Virus record (IMG/VR): IMGVR_UViG_3300034102_002177
Length of the DNA: 64,000 nt
Strand: one strand, 5' to 3'
Origin: a virus
Taxonomy: Duplodnaviria; Heunggongvirae; Uroviricota; Caudoviricetes
Position numbers and translations under genes: made by a program. Numbering within the stretch: position 1 is the first letter of the stretch; each line of letters opens with the position of its first letter. Positions 47,763 through 57,985 of the stretch are shown here, piece by piece. Under the pieces are notes generated by a model. The model had not been told where the DNA came from. It saw nothing but the letters and a program-made list of their open reading frames with translations, and ran no database searches.

Positions 47763-48863
47763 ATGGGAATAAAACATTTAATTCAGGAAAATCCTAATAT
47801 GGATATAAATTTGGTTCGTTTAATATCTAAACTTGATCCAAGCAAAACAAATAAACTAACACCATTTATGGTAAAAGTTTTTAAAAAAAGAATGGTTGAT
47901 TTTGAAAAAGAAATCACTCAAGAGGAAGGTATTTATGGATTAAGATATGAATATGTTAATAGTAAGATGAGTGATGCAAGTGGTTTTGAAAAATTAATAT
48001 TAACTTGGGTTATAGATCAATTTAGAGCGGAAAATATTGAAATCTTAAGAGAATTTAATGAGGTTTTGGATAAAGGTTTAGTGGATCAAAATGACATATC
48101 TAAATACGAAAATTTTGAAGAGATTACAAATCAATTGTCGGTTGCTAGAACAAAAGATTTATTGAAGAAATCTAGAAAAGAAATCTCTGTTGTCTATGAA
48201 GATGATGAAATTATGATGCTTAAACCATTATCTTTTGAGGCATCTTTGAAATATGGTGCTGGAACAAAATGGTGTACAGCAATGAAAAATGAACCTGAAT
48301 ATTTTTATAGATACTCTAAAAATGGTATTTTAATCTATCTTATTAATAAAGAAACCGGTAGAAAATTTGGGTGTCATTCGGAAAGATATAATGATAATAG
48401 AGTTCAAATCTTTAATGAGATTGATCAGGTTATTGATTCTTTCCATATGGGTTTACCATATGAAAAATTAACTATCTTAATGGATTTAATGGATTCAGAA
48501 AAATATGGTGTTAATTCAGAGTTATTTAGTGAAGAGGAAAAAAGTAAGTATGGGTTAAGAGTGAATAAATATTCGGTAGATGAGGTGATGGATATGCCAA
48601 CTGAAGAAATGCCAGTGAATGAAGAATTACCAAGATTGATGCCAAGATTGAACAGACGAATCCCAATTACGGATCAAGAAATGAGAATAATGGAAGACCC
48701 AATGGTAGAAGAGCAAGGACCGATAGAAATTGAATACAATATGGCTGTACCTGATAGAATGTTAATGAGAGAGATTCAAAAAGAAATTGATTCCATTATG
48801 GTTCTTGATCGTGCGGGAGCTTTCGCTCATCTTGAAAATGAAGAGGGTGACACATTACCATGA
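47763..48863 (+). CDS. KWCT-core paralog family protein, copy 2
   Basis: EIMMLKPLSFEASLKYGAGTKWCTAMK...GILIYLINKE. Confidence 0.55.
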   Translation: MGIKHLIQENPNMDINLVRLISKLDPSKTNKLTPFMVKVFKKRMVDFEKEITQEEGIYGLRYEYVNSKMSDASGFEKLILTWVIDQFRAENIEILREFNEVLDKGLVDQNDISKYENFEEITNQLSVARTKDLLKKSRKEISVVYEDDEIMMLKPLSFEASLKYGAGTKWCTAMKNEPEYFYRYSKNGILIYLINKETGRKFGCHSERYNDNRVQIFNEIDQVIDSFHMGLPYEKLTILMDLMDSEKYGVNSELFSEEEKSKYGLRVNKYSVDEVMDMPTEEMPVNEELPRLMPRLNRRIPITDQEMRIMEDPMVEEQGPIEIEYNMAVPDRMLMREIQKEIDSIMVLDRAGAFAHLENEEGDTLP

Positions 48864-48906
48864 TTAGATTACGAAGATAAACAAGGATAAAAATAAATAA
48901 AATAAT

Positions 48907-49110
48907 ATGCAAACACTAACATTTAACACAACAAAAAGAGAAGTTAAAGTAGTTAACTCTCAAGGGGATACGATTTATAGTCAAGATAACGTCCCAACGG
49001 TAAAAGTAATGGAACAACACTATGAAGTTTATGTTGAGGATTTTGAAGGAAAAAAAATCCCAACATTTAGAGCCCCAATTGCTAACACAAATATGTTTAT
49101 TCAAAAATAG
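48907..49110 (+). CDS. Hypothetical protein
   Basis: 67-aa ORF. Confidence 0.35.
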   Translation: MQTLTFNTTKREVKVVNSQGDTIYSQDNVPTVKVMEQHYEVYVEDFEGKKIPTFRAPIANTNMFIQK

Positions 49111-49116
49111 TAAGTC

Positions 49117-49407
49117 ATGGATGAACCTCAAGAACGTATTAACAAAATGTATTTGAGAATAAATGGTGAAATAACAGATCGTGAAATGCCACCACCTCCA
49201 CCTAAAAAAGGTAAAACTAAAACTTTTACTCTTGATGAAAATCAAGTTAAAAAGTTGGAGGAGTGGCAGAGCCACATAAAGGCAATCTATGGGAGTTATG
49301 GAAACTACGAATATACATTCTCAAGTAGTGGTATAGGACAAAATGTCGTAGTATACAGCGAATTAGCTGACACAGAATTAGATTTGACAGACGTTGATAG
49401 TTGGTAA
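49117..49407 (+). CDS. Hypothetical protein
   Basis: 96-aa ORF followed by a small hairpin and T-run at 49408-49429. Confidence 0.4.
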   Translation: MDEPQERINKMYLRINGEITDREMPPPPPKKGKTKTFTLDENQVKKLEEWQSHIKAIYGSYGNYEYTFSSSGIGQNVVVYSELADTELDLTDVDSW

Positions 49408-49507
49408 ACTGACAAAATGTCAGTATTTTACGAATGGAACATTTTTTGGGAAACTTGGTACGACTGAAAAGTAATAATAAATAAAAAATAAAAACTAAAA
49501 ATTAAAA

Positions 49508-51364
49508 ATGGGAAAAATAATTGGAATTGACTTAGGTACAACAAACTCTTGTGTGGCCGTTATGGAAGGGAATGAACCGGTAGTTATTACAAATAACGAA
49601 GGTAAACGAACAACGCCATCTGTAATCGGATTCATTAAAGATGGTGAAAGAAAGATTGGGGATCCGGCTAAACGACAAGCGGTAACCAATCCTGAAAAAA
49701 CCGTACATTCAATTAAACGATTTATGGGAACAAGTTTTACTGAATCTAAAAATGAGGTAAAGAAAGTTCCTTATAAAGTTGTAAAAGGAGATGGTGGATC
49801 ACCAAGAGTGGATATTGATAAACGACAGTATTCTCCGCAGGAACTTTCCGCAATGGTTTTACAAAAAATGAAACAAACTGCTGAGGATTATTTGGGTGAG
49901 ACGGTTACTGAGGCGGTTATTACGGTACCAGCGTATTTTAATGATGCTCAACGACAGGCAACCAAAGAAGCGGGTGAGATTGCGGGTTTGGAAGTAAAAC
50001 GTATCATTAATGAGCCAACAGCGGCGGCATTAGCATATGGTTTAGATAAAATGTCTAAAGATATGGTAGTGGTTGTGTTTGACTGTGGTGGTGGTACACA
50101 CGATGTTTCTATTCTTGAATTAGGTGATGGTGTATTTGAAGTATTGTCTACTGATGGTGATACTCACTTAGGTGGTGATGACTTTGATCAGGTTATTATT
50201 GAATGGTTAGCAAATGAATTCAAAGATGAGAATGGAATTGATGTGACCAAGGATCCGATGGCGTTACAACGTTTACGAGAAGCGGCAGAAAAGGCAAAAG
50301 TTGAATTATCTTCAACCTCATCAACGGAAATTAATTTACCGTATTTGATGCCGGTAGATGGGATGCCAAAACACTTGGTTAGAACTTTATCAAAATCTAA
50401 ATTTGAACAACTGGCAGATTCATTAATCAAACGAACTATTGAACCTTGTAAGACAGCGTTGAAAAATGCTAAGATGGATGTGTCTGATGTTGATGAAATT
50501 ATCTTGGTTGGAGGTACAACAAGAATTCCGGCAATTCAAGAAGCGGTTAAACAATTCTTTGGTAAGGAACCATCTAAAGGTGTTAATCCTGATGAGGTAG
50601 TTGCTTTAGGTGCGGCGATCCAAGGTGGTGTACTTGCTGGTGATGTTAAAGATGTCTTATTATTAGATGTGACTCCATTATCTTTAGGTATTGAAACTAT
50701 GGGTGGAGTTATGACTAAATTGATTGATGCTAACACCACGATCCCAACTAAAAAATCTCAGGTGTTCTCAACGGCAGTAGATAATCAACCAACAGTTGAG
50801 ATCCACGTACTTCAGGGAGAACGAGCAATGGCAAAAGATAATAAAACCATTGGTAAGTTCAATTTAGATGGTGTTCCACCAGCGATGAGAGGTGTTCCAC
50901 AAATTGAGGTTACGTTTGATATTGATGCGAATGGTATTATCAATGTTTCTGCAATGGATAAAGGTACAAACAAACAACAAACAATTCGTATCGAAGCGTC
51001 CTCAGGTTTATCAAAAGAAGAGATTGAGAAAATGAAACAAGAAGCTGAGTTAAATGCCGAACAGGATAAAAAACTCAGAGAAGATGCTGAAGTTCTAAAC
51101 ACGGCTGATGGTACAATCTTCCAAACTGAGAAGTCAATCAAAGATTTGGAAGATAAATTAACTGAAGAACAAAAGAGTGAACTTGATGGATTACTTGGAA
51201 CGTTAAAAGAATCTTACGCAAAAAAAGACATTGAGAAGATTAATCAAGATATTGAAAATCTTAATAGTCAGTTCCACCATATTAGTCAATCATTGTACGA
51301 ACAAACTACAACTGAAGAAGGTAATGATGCTCCGTCTGACGTTGAATTTGAAGAAGTACTTTAA
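49508..51364 (+). CDS. dnaK: Hsp70 chaperone DnaK
   Basis: [47 protein letters not shown], full substrate-binding and lid domains. Variant [10 protein letters not shown] in place of canonical DLGGGTFDVS. Confidence 0.9.
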   Translation: MGKIIGIDLGTTNSCVAVMEGNEPVVITNNEGKRTTPSVIGFIKDGERKIGDPAKRQAVTNPEKTVHSIKRFMGTSFTESKNEVKKVPYKVVKGDGGSPRVDIDKRQYSPQELSAMVLQKMKQTAEDYLGETVTEAVITVPAYFNDAQRQATKEAGEIAGLEVKRIINEPTAAALAYGLDKMSKDMVVVVFDCGGGTHDVSILELGDGVFEVLSTDGDTHLGGDDFDQVIIEWLANEFKDENGIDVTKDPMALQRLREAAEKAKVELSSTSSTEINLPYLMPVDGMPKHLVRTLSKSKFEQLADSLIKRTIEPCKTALKNAKMDVSDVDEIILVGGTTRIPAIQEAVKQFFGKEPSKGVNPDEVVALGAAIQGGVLAGDVKDVLLLDVTPLSLGIETMGGVMTKLIDANTTIPTKKSQVFSTAVDNQPTVEIHVLQGERAMAKDNKTIGKFNLDGVPPAMRGVPQIEVTFDIDANGIINVSAMDKGTNKQQTIRIEASSGLSKEEIEKMKQEAELNAEQDKKLREDAEVLNTADGTIFQTEKSIKDLEDKLTEEQKSELDGLLGTLKESYAKKDIEKINQDIENLNSQFHHISQSLYEQTTTEEGNDAPSDVEFEEVL

Positions 51365-51403
51365 AAAAGTTATCGGGGCCTCAAAAATAAATTGGGGTCC
51401 CGC

Positions 51404-51432
51404 TTGACTTAACGGTATTTATAACTTATACT
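51404..51432 (+). promoter_or_regulatory. Sigma-70-consensus-like promoter TTGACT-N17-TATACT
   Basis: Read directly. -35 at 51404-51409, -10 at 51427-51432, 21 nt to the ATG at 51454. Confidence 0.45.
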
Positions 51433-51453
51433 TTCATACAAAAAATATTTATT

Positions 51454-51888
51454 ATGACAATTAAGCAAGCTCTGAAACAAAAAAATAAACTGATCAAACA
51501 GATTGGTGAGAACACAAAGTTGATGCAAGAATACAACTCAATAGAGGTTGGAAATGAAAGACCATATAGTTCAATTATACTATTGGCTAAAATCTCTGAA
51601 GACACAAAAGAGTTGGCTAATTTGAAATCAAAAATCCATATTGCCAACACACCGGTATTGGAAGACATCTTTTTGATGTCAGAGTTGAAATCCATTGCTC
51701 AATCACTTAAAAAAATGGATTGTACCGAAGGTAAATCAAATCGTGATCGTTACCGATTAGAAAGTGAGAGTGTTAAAACCTCAGAAATCTCTTTGGTTAG
51801 ACGAAATGAAACAATTAAAGAGTTGGAAACTCGTATTGAAGAAATCCAAGATCGTTTGGATGTATTCAACGCAACCACTCAAATCTAA
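51454..51888 (+). CDS. Coiled-coil protein immediately downstream of dnaK
   Basis: 144-aa ORF. Confidence 0.45.
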   Translation: MTIKQALKQKNKLIKQIGENTKLMQEYNSIEVGNERPYSSIILLAKISEDTKELANLKSKIHIANTPVLEDIFLMSELKSIAQSLKKMDCTEGKSNRDRYRLESESVKTSEISLVRRNETIKELETRIEEIQDRLDVFNATTQI

Positions 51889-52066
51889 TATAGTTTGTGG
51901 ATAGGGTCAAAATGATATGTGTTCTATACATGGAGGCTGCATAGTCGGATAATTGATAGTGATAACGTAATGGTCCCAAACTCATTATTCAAATACTCAA
52001 AAGTCATTTGATTAAAATTTAAAACTCTTGTCTACATAATTTTAATTCTTGAAACAAACTATACGA

Positions 52067-52096
52067 AACCCTCACAGAAATGTGGGGGTTTTTTTG
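52067..52096 (+). terminator. AACCCTCACA-loop-TGTGGGGGTT hairpin plus TTTTTTT, ending a roughly 180-nt non-coding stretch
   Basis: About 9-bp stem with T7. Confidence 0.6.
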
Positions 52097-52122
52097 ACTA
52101 TATGATTTTTATTTATTATTAT
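52094..52122 (+). promoter_or_regulatory. Second sigma-70-consensus-like promoter TTGACT-N17-TATTAT, 7 nt before the ATG at 52130
   Basis: Read directly. Same -35 hexamer and spacing as at 51404. Confidence 0.4.
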
Positions 52123-52129
52123 TACATAA

Positions 52130-52411
52130 ATGAACTCAAACAAGAAAATATTAATTAAAAAGTTTCTTTCCTTACACTATAGTAATTTAGAGTATAGTCC
52201 TAAACGAATGCTGTATTATAAGGAAGGTAAAGTTTATTTTGAGTATCAACCAAAAGACGAAATAATATTTTTGAATTTTAAGTTAATGGTTGAACCAATG
52301 ATAAGAACACTTAGAATTGATGATAAAGATCCTGTCATACTAACAGAAGTTTATAAAGTGATGGAAGAATGGTTTGAGGAGAAGTTTAATATAATAGGTG
52401 CAATAACATAA
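52130..52411 (+). CDS. Hypothetical protein
   Basis: 93-aa ORF. Confidence 0.4.
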   Translation: MNSNKKILIKKFLSLHYSNLEYSPKRMLYYKEGKVYFEYQPKDEIIFLNFKLMVEPMIRTLRIDDKDPVILTEVYKVMEEWFEEKFNIIGAIT

Positions 52412-52414
52412 AGT

Positions 52415-52999
52415 ATGAAAGTATTATTTTTAGATCATGATGGTGTAATTTGTCTCTCCAATAATTGGGGTGGACGAACAAAGAAATGGGCGAAATATCG
52501 TTCTGAAAATCCTGAATCCTCCTCAAATCTAAAAGAGGGTCCGGTGTCTGTACGATTTGATGACTTTGATCAAAAGGCAATTAAGATCCTTAATGAGATT
52601 GTTGAAGAGACAGGATGTGAAATTGTGGTAAGTTCAGATTGGAAGCTACACGCAACTCTTGAAGAACTTGGTGAATATTATGAATTACATGGGATAAGTA
52701 AAAAACCAATTGCGTTAACACCAAATATACAAGATTGTAAAGTTCATGGTAATTTATTTATATGGTCACCAAGATGGGATTTAGAACAAACACGAACTAT
52801 TGAAATCAGACAATATCTTCAGGATCATCCTGAGGTTACACATTGGGTTTCTGTTGATGATTTAAATATGGGTAAAATTGGTGAGGATTGGAAAGATGTA
52901 TGGGCGATAGATAATTTTGTTTTAACGCCAAGATCAAATGAGGGAATAAAACAGAGCGGAGTTAAAGAAAAAATATTAAAGTTTTTGAAAAATGACTAA
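52415..52999 (+). CDS. HAD-superfamily phosphatase-like protein (T4 Pnk 3'-phosphatase-domain-like)
   Basis: N-terminal VLFLDHDGVI = hhhhDxDGV motif I, comparable to T4 Pnk VIFDVDGTL. Confidence 0.45.
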   Translation: MKVLFLDHDGVICLSNNWGGRTKKWAKYRSENPESSSNLKEGPVSVRFDDFDQKAIKILNEIVEETGCEIVVSSDWKLHATLEELGEYYELHGISKKPIALTPNIQDCKVHGNLFIWSPRWDLEQTRTIEIRQYLQDHPEVTHWVSVDDLNMGKIGEDWKDVWAIDNFVLTPRSNEGIKQSGVKEKILKFLKND

Positions 53000-53390
53000 A
53001 AATATAGAAGAAGAAATGAATGAGTATCTTGAGTCCATTGGAGGACTTGAGAGTGGGTTTTTTACGGATAGACCACCAATTACTGATAGTGGTTTTTTTA
53101 GTGTTGGTTTGGGTTGGTACCCAATCATTAAAGATCTAATAGAAGATCTCATTAAACTTGGATGGAATAAACAATTGTGTCAGGTTAAAGAAAAATTTGG
53201 TGGATTACGGTTTTACATTAATGAGGGATCGGATGAAATACATAAAAGAATCCGACTTGCTGAAGATCAAAGTTATGAAATCTGTGAGATCTGCGGTGAA
53301 AAAGGGGAGTTAAGAACAAATATAGGTTGGTATAGTACATTATGTGAAAATCATTACAATGAAAAATATAAATCAAATATTCAAAAATAA
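52992..53390 (+). CDS. Zinc-finger hypothetical protein
   Basis: CEICGEKG...CENH. Confidence 0.4.
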   Translation: MTKNIEEEMNEYLESIGGLESGFFTDRPPITDSGFFSVGLGWYPIIKDLIEDLIKLGWNKQLCQVKEKFGGLRFYINEGSDEIHKRIRLAEDQSYEICEICGEKGELRTNIGWYSTLCENHYNEKYKSNIQK

Positions 53391-53670
53391 TAGACACCTG
53401 ATGGATGAACCTGAAGTTATGGAGTTAATAGAGTATTGTAGAGAATTAGAAGGAGACGTTATGGAAGTGGAGATCAATAGACAATACGATAAAGAAGAAA
53501 TCCTACATAACGTGGTTAAAGAAATCTATAGTAGTTGTCGGCAACTAATCAAAGATGAGGAAGATTCTGTTAGATTTGGTGAAACTCCGAGAGTTGATTT
53601 TGAAAAATCTATCACTAACCTTAAAGAGTATATTGAGGATATAAATAGAACATACAAGTTTGGGTTATGA
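53344..53670 (+). CDS. Hypothetical protein
   Basis: 108-aa ORF. Confidence 0.35.
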   Translation: MKIITMKNINQIFKNNRHLMDEPEVMELIEYCRELEGDVMEVEINRQYDKEEILHNVVKEIYSSCRQLIKDEEDSVRFGETPRVDFEKSITNLKEYIEDINRTYKFGL

Positions 53671-53984
53671 AAAAGATAAGATTAAGTGAAAATTGTTTTG
53701 GTCCTGATGTTGAAATTGATGATGAGTCATTATTTATACATGAGTATGATAATAGAAATCCTGAGATGATTAGTGATTTACAAGATCAATTAATTGATAA
53801 ATTAAAATCATTAAAAAACAATTTGGGAATGAGTGATTGGACTGAAATTACAATGATGGTTATTAATAGTGGTGATGAGTTTGAATATGATGTGGATAAC
53901 TCAAAAGAATACGAACCTTGCGATCAGTGTGGTAATTGGAACCATAATCACATATATATAAAAAAAGATAAAAATGATGAATAA
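53667..53984 (+). CDS. Hypothetical protein
   Basis: 105-aa ORF. Confidence 0.35.
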   Translation: MKKIRLSENCFGPDVEIDDESLFIHEYDNRNPEMISDLQDQLIDKLKSLKNNLGMSDWTEITMMVINSGDEFEYDVDNSKEYEPCDQCGNWNHNHIYIKKDKNDE

Positions 53985-54276
53985 GATTATTATAATGGAA
54001 AAGGAACCGTACTTGGTTTCAGATGAAGAGATCCAATTAGGAGATGTTGCAATTGTAACGGTGGGCAATCAATACCCTTCAAGAGTTGTTTGTGAAAACG
54101 AAACGGTACTATCCTTAATAAAAGATCCAAAATTAACTCTAACTAAGAGTTATAAGTTGGTTGGTGAACCTGATAAAGTAAAATTACCTGAAGCCAGAAT
54201 CAATACCATAATTGAGAATGGTGGTATATGTGATGTTATAATTGATGGTGCGGAACTTAAATTTACTACGGTATGA
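53974..54276 (+). CDS. Hypothetical protein
   Basis: 100-aa ORF. Confidence 0.35.
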   Translation: MMNKIIIMEKEPYLVSDEEIQLGDVAIVTVGNQYPSRVVCENETVLSLIKDPKLTLTKSYKLVGEPDKVKLPEARINTIIENGGICDVIIDGAELKFTTV

Positions 54277-54372
54277 TGTTAATAGAAGGTATATTACATT
54301 TGGTTGGGATTGGTTTTTTACTTATTGTTATGCCAATATGTTGGATTATAAAAAACTATAAAAATAAAAAAT

Positions 54373-54927
54373 ATGGTCATAGAAATTAATAATTTTTTAT
54401 CGTACGAAGAATGTGATAATTTAATAAGTTTAGCCTCAGATATTTTTGATGAAGTTGGAGTTCTTGGTGAGAGTATTGAAGGGTATAGAGTTGCAAAAGG
54501 GGCTTGGTTAGATGAAGAACATGGGGATGTTGTTATAAAATATAGAGACCTTATTTCTGAGACGACCAAACTACCAAAAATTAATATGGAAAGTATTCAT
54601 GTTGTTAAATATAGTGTTGGTGAAGAATATAAAGATCATCATGATTTTTTTCATCCTGGTGAAGAATACTATGAGGATGAGGTAAATAGAGGTGGACAAA
54701 GATTAAAAACGGCTTTGGTTTACTTAAATGATGATTTTGAAGGTGGAGAAACAAATTTCCCAAATTTAAATATTAAAGTTGATCCTAAAAAAGGTAAACT
54801 TGTATTGTGGGACAACATTAAAGATGATGGTTCTTTAGATTACGATAGCCTTCATGCTGGATTACCCGTAAAAAGTGGTTACAAGTATATTGCGGTAATT
54901 TGGATTAGAGAGAATGAATTTTATTAA
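54373..54927 (+). CDS. 2OG-Fe(II) oxygenase, prolyl 4-hydroxylase-like
   Basis: HHDFFHP (HxD), GGETNFPNL, LHAGLPV distal His. P4H alpha-subunit-like. Confidence 0.7.
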   Translation: MVIEINNFLSYEECDNLISLASDIFDEVGVLGESIEGYRVAKGAWLDEEHGDVVIKYRDLISETTKLPKINMESIHVVKYSVGEEYKDHHDFFHPGEEYYEDEVNRGGQRLKTALVYLNDDFEGGETNFPNLNIKVDPKKGKLVLWDNIKDDGSLDYDSLHAGLPVKSGYKYIAVIWIRENEFY

Positions 54928-54980
54928 AAATTTGTTTTATTTAAAAAATAATTACTATATTTGTCTAATAATATAATTTT

Positions 54981-55217
54981 ATGGACCCAATCAAAGCAAA
55001 TTTATTAAGTCAAACTTTGGAAATGACATACACCCAAGAGGCGGATTGTTGTACAACTGAGGAACAATATTTAACGATCAAAACAGATAATGGTGGTGGT
55101 GGTGATTTTTATGTCATTGAGACAAAAAGATGGGCATTTGATACTGTTGAAGAGATCATTGAATTATTAAATCAATTTAAAGAAAAACACCTTAAAATAA
55201 AAGAAGAAAATCTATGA
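54981..55217 (+). CDS. Hypothetical protein
   Basis: 78-aa ORF. Confidence 0.35.
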   Translation: MDPIKANLLSQTLEMTYTQEADCCTTEEQYLTIKTDNGGGGDFYVIETKRWAFDTVEEIIELLNQFKEKHLKIKEENL

Positions 55218-55456
55218 AAAAGTTAATATTAATTACTTTAGTTGGGATAGTATTGTTTTCTTGTAAGAGAAAAGAATATAAATATGAAATTCACGGGAAA
55301 GTTTATATCCCAACCTCAGGGTTGAACCCAATGCATGATGCAATATGGTATACGGATACAATTAGTTTTGATGGTGACACATTATATTATTTTAATAGTG
55401 ATGGGTCTGAAGTAAGAATTTATCCACCGTATATTTTAAAAGATAATTCAAAATGA
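55214..55456 (+). CDS. Small lipoprotein (lipobox VLFSC)
   Basis: MKKLILITLVGIVLFSCKRKE. Confidence 0.45.
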   Translation: MKKLILITLVGIVLFSCKRKEYKYEIHGKVYIPTSGLNPMHDAIWYTDTISFDGDTLYYFNSDGSEVRIYPPYILKDNSK

Positions 55457-55866
55457 AGATAGGAATAACTTGCTCCTGTTTTGATTTATTTCATGCGGGA
55501 CACGTAAAGATGTTGGAGGAAGCTAAAACTCAATGTGATTATTTAATTATTGCGTTACAAACAGATCCAACAATTGATAGACCAGAAAAAAACAAACCAA
55601 TACAATCGGTCGTTGAAAGATACATTCAACTTAAAGGTTGTAAATTCGTTGATGAGATCATACCATACGAAACTGAAAAAGATTTAGAAGATCTTTTTAA
55701 CACATTAAAATTAGATGTTAGAATTATTGGTGAGGACTATAAGGGTAAAGATTTCACCGCAAAACAAATATGTTTAGATAGGAGTATTGTGTTATACTAC
55801 AATGAAAGAAAACACAATTTCTCAAGTACAGAACTTAAAAAAAGAATAAACAATGGCAAAAATTGA
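55453..55866 (+). CDS. Cytidylyl/adenylyltransferase of the HxGH nucleotidyltransferase superfamily (HldE C-domain/TagD-like)
   Basis: GITCSCFDLFHAGHVKMLEEAK. Confidence 0.7.
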   Translation: MKIGITCSCFDLFHAGHVKMLEEAKTQCDYLIIALQTDPTIDRPEKNKPIQSVVERYIQLKGCKFVDEIIPYETEKDLEDLFNTLKLDVRIIGEDYKGKDFTAKQICLDRSIVLYYNERKHNFSSTELKKRINNGKN

Positions 55867-56746
55867 TGAACTAAGAAAAAAATACCCAAAAGTTAATAAA
55901 TCTACGGGTGATAAATTTTTTGAGGGAGATAAAACACCAACCAAAAAATATCTTGAATTTATGTTTAAGATGTGGTCAACAAGAAATGAACGTCCAGTTG
56001 AGGGAGTATCGGCACCTCAGTATGTTAAAATAATTAATGAGTTTGATCAGTTGTTACCATATATTCAAAATAAAGACATTTATAGTAGTCAATATAAATC
56101 TATGATGCAGTTATTTAGGATAGTTGAAAATGCTAAAGCATTAAAAGAGGAAAATGAATTTATTCGTGAAGATCATATTGATGTTTTAATTGAAAATGAT
56201 GATTATCTTTTAATTAGTCCTTTAACTTTAAAGGGATCCCTAAAATATGGTGCGGATACTAAATGGTGTACCGCCAGTAAATCAAGTTCTTATCAGTTTA
56301 CAAGTTACACTAAAGACGGTTATTTGTTTTATTTGATCTCAAAAAAAGAAAGAGCTAAAAATTATAATAAGGTTGCATTTTATTCACGTAGTAAAAATGA
56401 ACACTTGACCACATATTATACAATTTATAATCAAATTGATACTGAAGTTAATGAGCAAAAAGTTATTTTGAATGATTGGACTATGTTTGAACTATTTGAA
56501 ATAATGGCTAAAATAAGAGTTTATACTTATGAAAAGTATATAATTGAAAAGGCTAAAACTGATGTTGAAAAAACTGTTAATGTTCTGAAATCAGTTAATT
56601 TAGATGAATTTTTACGACAAGTTAATTTGTTGGAGAAATACGGAGAAAGTGGGAAAATAGAAGGAAAAGATGAATTGGAAAAAGTAATTCAAACTTTAAG
56701 TAAAAAAACAGAAGATTTATTTGGTAAATCTAAAATTAATGTGTAG
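55853..56746 (+). CDS. KWCT-core paralog family protein, copy 3
   Basis: DYLLISPLTLKGSLKYGADTKWCTASK...YLFYLISKK. Confidence 0.55.
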   Translation: MAKIDELRKKYPKVNKSTGDKFFEGDKTPTKKYLEFMFKMWSTRNERPVEGVSAPQYVKIINEFDQLLPYIQNKDIYSSQYKSMMQLFRIVENAKALKEENEFIREDHIDVLIENDDYLLISPLTLKGSLKYGADTKWCTASKSSSYQFTSYTKDGYLFYLISKKERAKNYNKVAFYSRSKNEHLTTYYTIYNQIDTEVNEQKVILNDWTMFELFEIMAKIRVYTYEKYIIEKAKTDVEKTVNVLKSVNLDEFLRQVNLLEKYGESGKIEGKDELEKVIQTLSKKTEDLFGKSKINV

Positions 56747-56789
56747 ATTTGTCATTCACAAGTTAAATCATATAAAATAAATGAAGTAA

Positions 56790-57011
56790 ATGTTTAAAAC
56801 AGAAAAGTTAGGACTATGGGGAGTCATAATACTAACAACGATCTATCTCTATCTAATCAATTTATATTTTGAATATATCCTTAGTAGAGAGGTGGCAAGT
56901 GAAATCCAAATTGTTGTAAGTTTAGTAGCCTTGGCTTACACAATTTTTCAAGTAAAATTAATAGTAAAAAAGGCAGTTAGTTTATTTAAAAAAGAAGAAA
57001 AAAATGATTAG
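56790..57011 (+). CDS. Small membrane protein
   Basis: Two TM helices. Confidence 0.4.
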   Translation: MFKTEKLGLWGVIILTTIYLYLINLYFEYILSREVASEIQIVVSLVALAYTIFQVKLIVKKAVSLFKKEEKND

Positions 57012-57906
57012 TATTGTATTATTTATTGTGTTTATTGCTATTGGGGCAATGATGTTTTTATCAGGTCGTGCAAATGACGATGACCGTAGAACTATAATGG
57101 GAATTGCCGTTGCGGTGATTGGAATTTTGGTTACAATATTCCAACCATATTCAATTGAAAAAATTGATTCGGGTCACAAAGGATTAAAAATTAATTTGAT
57201 TGGTAATCAACGAGGAGTGTCAAGTTATCAATATAAGACAGGTTGGGTTTTTTATAATAGTTGGACAGAACAAGTTTTAGAGTTCCCAACATACCAACAA
57301 CATATTGAATACGAAGATCAAGGTGTGATCCTAAAAGGTGGGTTCTCTGCGACTATTAAACCAACGTTCAACTATTCATTACGTGAAGATGCGATTGGAG
57401 ATATGTTTGTTAACTTAAGAAAAGATATCAAAGAGATTGAACAAGGTTGGTTGAAAAATGCCATTATCGGAGCGGTTAATGATGTTGCTAATACATGGGA
57501 AGTAGATAGTATCTTTAATCACCGACAAGCATTTGAGGCGGCTATTGTAACCGAATGTAATGTACGTTTATCTAAGTGGTTTAATGTGTCTCAATTACGA
57601 ACTAATATTATCCCACCTGATGCATTACAAGAATCTATTATAGCAAAAACAAAGGCAATCCAACAAGCGGAAGCATCAGAGCAACAAGCGATCGCTGCGA
57701 TCTCTGAAGGTAGACGTAAGGTGGCTGTGGCACGAGCTGACTCGGCAGAAACTATCATCAACGCACAAGCGGCGGCATTGGCAATCAAAATTAAACAAAA
57801 CCAATTGTCTCCATTGTATATTGAATATGTTAAGTGGAATGCTTGGGATGGGAAACTTCCTACAACAGTGGCTGGTGGATCAGGAACTTTATTAAACATT
57901 AAGTAA
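57004..57906 (+). CDS. SPFH/Band-7 (HflK/C, prohibitin-like) membrane protein
   Basis: N-terminal TM, then a C-terminal AIQQAEASEQQAIAAISEGRRKVAVARADSAE Ala/Glu-rich coiled coil typical of SPFH proteins. Confidence 0.5.
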   Translation: MISIVLFIVFIAIGAMMFLSGRANDDDRRTIMGIAVAVIGILVTIFQPYSIEKIDSGHKGLKINLIGNQRGVSSYQYKTGWVFYNSWTEQVLEFPTYQQHIEYEDQGVILKGGFSATIKPTFNYSLREDAIGDMFVNLRKDIKEIEQGWLKNAIIGAVNDVANTWEVDSIFNHRQAFEAAIVTECNVRLSKWFNVSQLRTNIIPPDALQESIIAKTKAIQQAEASEQQAIAAISEGRRKVAVARADSAETIINAQAAALAIKIKQNQLSPLYIEYVKWNAWDGKLPTTVAGGSGTLLNIK

Positions 57907-57927
57907 TTCACTAATATTATAATTAAA

Positions 57928-57956
57928 CCCCATCTTTTTTACAGGTGGGGTTTTTT
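57928..57956 (+). terminator. CCCCATC-loop-GGTGGGG hairpin plus TTTTTT
   Basis: 7-bp stem with one G-U pair, T6. Confidence 0.65.
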
Positions 57957-57973
57957 ATTTAAAAAACTTTTAT

Positions 57974-57981
57974 TATATTTG
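57974..57981 (+). promoter_or_regulatory. Bacteroidetes-type -7 box TAtaTTTG, 4 nt before the ATG at 57986
   Basis: Exact motif. Implies a leaderless or near-leaderless transcript. Confidence 0.4.
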
Positions 57982-57985
57982 TATT

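Noticed and set aside
50188-51141. Three antisense ORFs within dnaK
   Set aside because: dnaK is unambiguous. The antisense frames are open by chance in conserved coding DNA.
51426-51695. 89-aa minus-strand ORF overlapping the start of the 51454 gene
   Set aside because: Overlaps a + gene that has a consensus promoter. Hydrophobic low-complexity translation.
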